Shown: positions 62,421 to 64,000 of the stretch, in pieces
Layout of the letters: each line of letters begins with the position of its first letter
How positions within the stretch are numbered: the first letter of the stretch is position 1
From: Gnetum montanum
Lineage: Eukaryota > Plantae > Gnetophyta
DNA: 64,000 nt
NCBI GenBank assembly: GCA_015680685.1
Contig: MNCI01002812.1
Coordinates: 286,181-350,180 of the forward strand
Direction: 5' to 3'
The notes under the pieces: model-generated
What the model was told of the DNA's origin: nothing
Seen by the model: the letters and a program-made list of their open reading frames with translations, nothing else
Database searches by the model: none
Translations under genes and position numbers: made by a program

Positions 62421-62687
62421 GGAGCCTCCACTGCCTGGGACTGTCTAATCTTCTCCACTATCTTCATGCCATTAGAGAATGTGCTATTTAATTTTTTTTT
62501 TGTAATTATGTCATTGTGTTCAATTTTGTGTCGTGAACATCACAATATTTGTAATTTGTTGATTTGTACACTTGGGCACTTAGTTTTGTCAAGTTAGTTA
62601 GTTTTGTTAAAAGTTAGTTAATAATCCCATACCTTCTCAATTTCATAAAGGAAGTTGAGAATGAGTTTTCATTTAGTTGTGGGGGTA

Positions 62688-63618
62688 TGATGAGTGTTAA
62701 AGTGCCATGTTGACGGGCCCCCATCAATGAGGCCCCATTTACATGGTATTGCCTCATCGACGGGGCCATGTTGACATAGCATTTGTTACATCTATGAGGT
62801 GCCATTGATGTAGTATTGTAGCAAAAACTATAAATACAAACTCCTAGCTGTGTTTATGGGGATTAGAAGTCATAGTAGTAGCCAAACTCTTCTAGTTTTT
62901 ACATTCAAAAGTTAGAATATTTTTCTAAGTGCCCATAGTAGTTGTCATTGAGTGTATAGATCTTTATTTGAGCACTATTATACCTGAACCACACTAGTGT
63001 GTATGGAAATAAAGATGAGCTTCTTGATAAACCTTATAGCAATTTGGATAGTTTTAATGTTTTATTCATGCATTTATTGTATTTATTAAATATGTAATTA
63101 ATTAAGCTAAATAAGGCTTAAAGTAATTAGTTAATTAATTAAGCTAAATAGATTAAGTACATAAGTACGACCACTTCGAGCATAAACACATATTTGCTTG
63201 GTAATCTCAGCAATGTTATTGCTTGGTGCGTCAAGTAGCATAGTGCTTGGTAACCCAACAATGGATACGTGGGTTTAAGATGTGTACAAAAAGTGGGACT
63301 AGATGCTTATGTTACGATTAGTTAAAGGCTAGTTAAGTAGTTAAATTAAATTAGTCATTAAAATACTTCATTTCTCTATTTAAGTACCAAAGAACATAAA
63401 ACATAAAACGATAAAAATCATATGTCTTGATTACACTTAACCATATATTTGTACATCATAAGTATAATTGGGAAGATGATGAATGACCTTAAGCCAAGGT
63501 TCACTACTTAGAAGACTAGTGCACTAAAAATTATAGAGTCTATAGAATTCAACGAAATCAAGCATGAACACTTTGTGATTCGTATGGTTGGATGTAGGGG
63601 TACCTCAACTACTCATCA
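62688..63618 (+). repeat. 3' LTR (TGATGAG...CTCATCA)
   Basis: Follows the PPT GTGGGGG and aligns to 45737-46662. Confidence 0.9.
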
Positions 63619-64000
63619 ACAATTGCCTCCTCGCCCTCCTCTAGACACATCAAAATAGTAGTGGCATTCCCAGAGATTTTTGGGAATTATTGCTATTGAG
63701 AGAGAGATACCATTACCTCTTAGGTGTCAGGATTTGATCTCACAAGTAGCTGTGTTCATTGGGCTAAGAAAATTGGCCCAACTCCTTCCATCTGGCTAAT
63801 GGTTTGAGCCACTTCATTTAGGTGAGTCATCGTTGGGTGATACATAGATGGATCACCACCACTCATTCCTACTCATTGCTCTTGCTCACACAAGAGCTAC
63901 TATTAGATCTCATGTAAACATTCTAGGGCAGTGCAGGCCTCCGACGTTGTTTCATGAGTAGGCGATAGAGGTGGTGGTCATTGCTCCTCTTCTTGAATGA
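63619..64000 (-). mobile_element. Fragment of the extra ORF of another Athila-like copy
   Basis: Reverse complement of sequence like ~60580-60960 (e.g. tcacctaaatga-gtggc). Confidence 0.75.

Larger units (their letters stand above)
45737..63618 (+). mobile_element. Full-length degenerate Athila-like Ty3/gypsy element with a nested insertion in gag
   Basis: LTRs at 45737-46662 and 62688-63618. Decayed tRNA-Asp PBS at ~46664-46681. gag at 46830-48830 resumes at 53721. pol, an extra 3' ORF and a PPT (~62679-62685) follow. Confidence 0.9.

Overview
Land-plant nuclear DNA with heavy CG/CHG decay in its repeats and several assembly gaps. Positions 1-40.6 kb hold one minus-strand host gene: four tiny coding exons (40306->5365) encoding a Cys-rich protein, split by 8.4 kb and 26 kb introns full of non-LTR retrotransposons. 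Positions 42.4-64 kb are a nest of Athila-like Ty3/gypsy elements. Main discovery: the L1-clade LINEs here carry an unusual extension after RT and zf-RVT, where plant L1s often have RNase H. It is a domain resembling the extra ORF of plant LTR retrotransposons (PF20167-like), then a coiled coil and, in one subfamily, a C-terminal DnaJ/Hsp40 J-domain with an HPD motif. The J region appears in four divergent copies (HPD readable in two), lies inside a TSD- and poly(A)-bounded element, and differs mostly at synonymous sites. Second: a young gypsy LTR carries five copies of a stem-loop with compensatory base changes. Third: an RTE-type SINE starts at what looks like a twister ribozyme cleavage site. 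All domain calls come from motif recognition by eye, not database searches.
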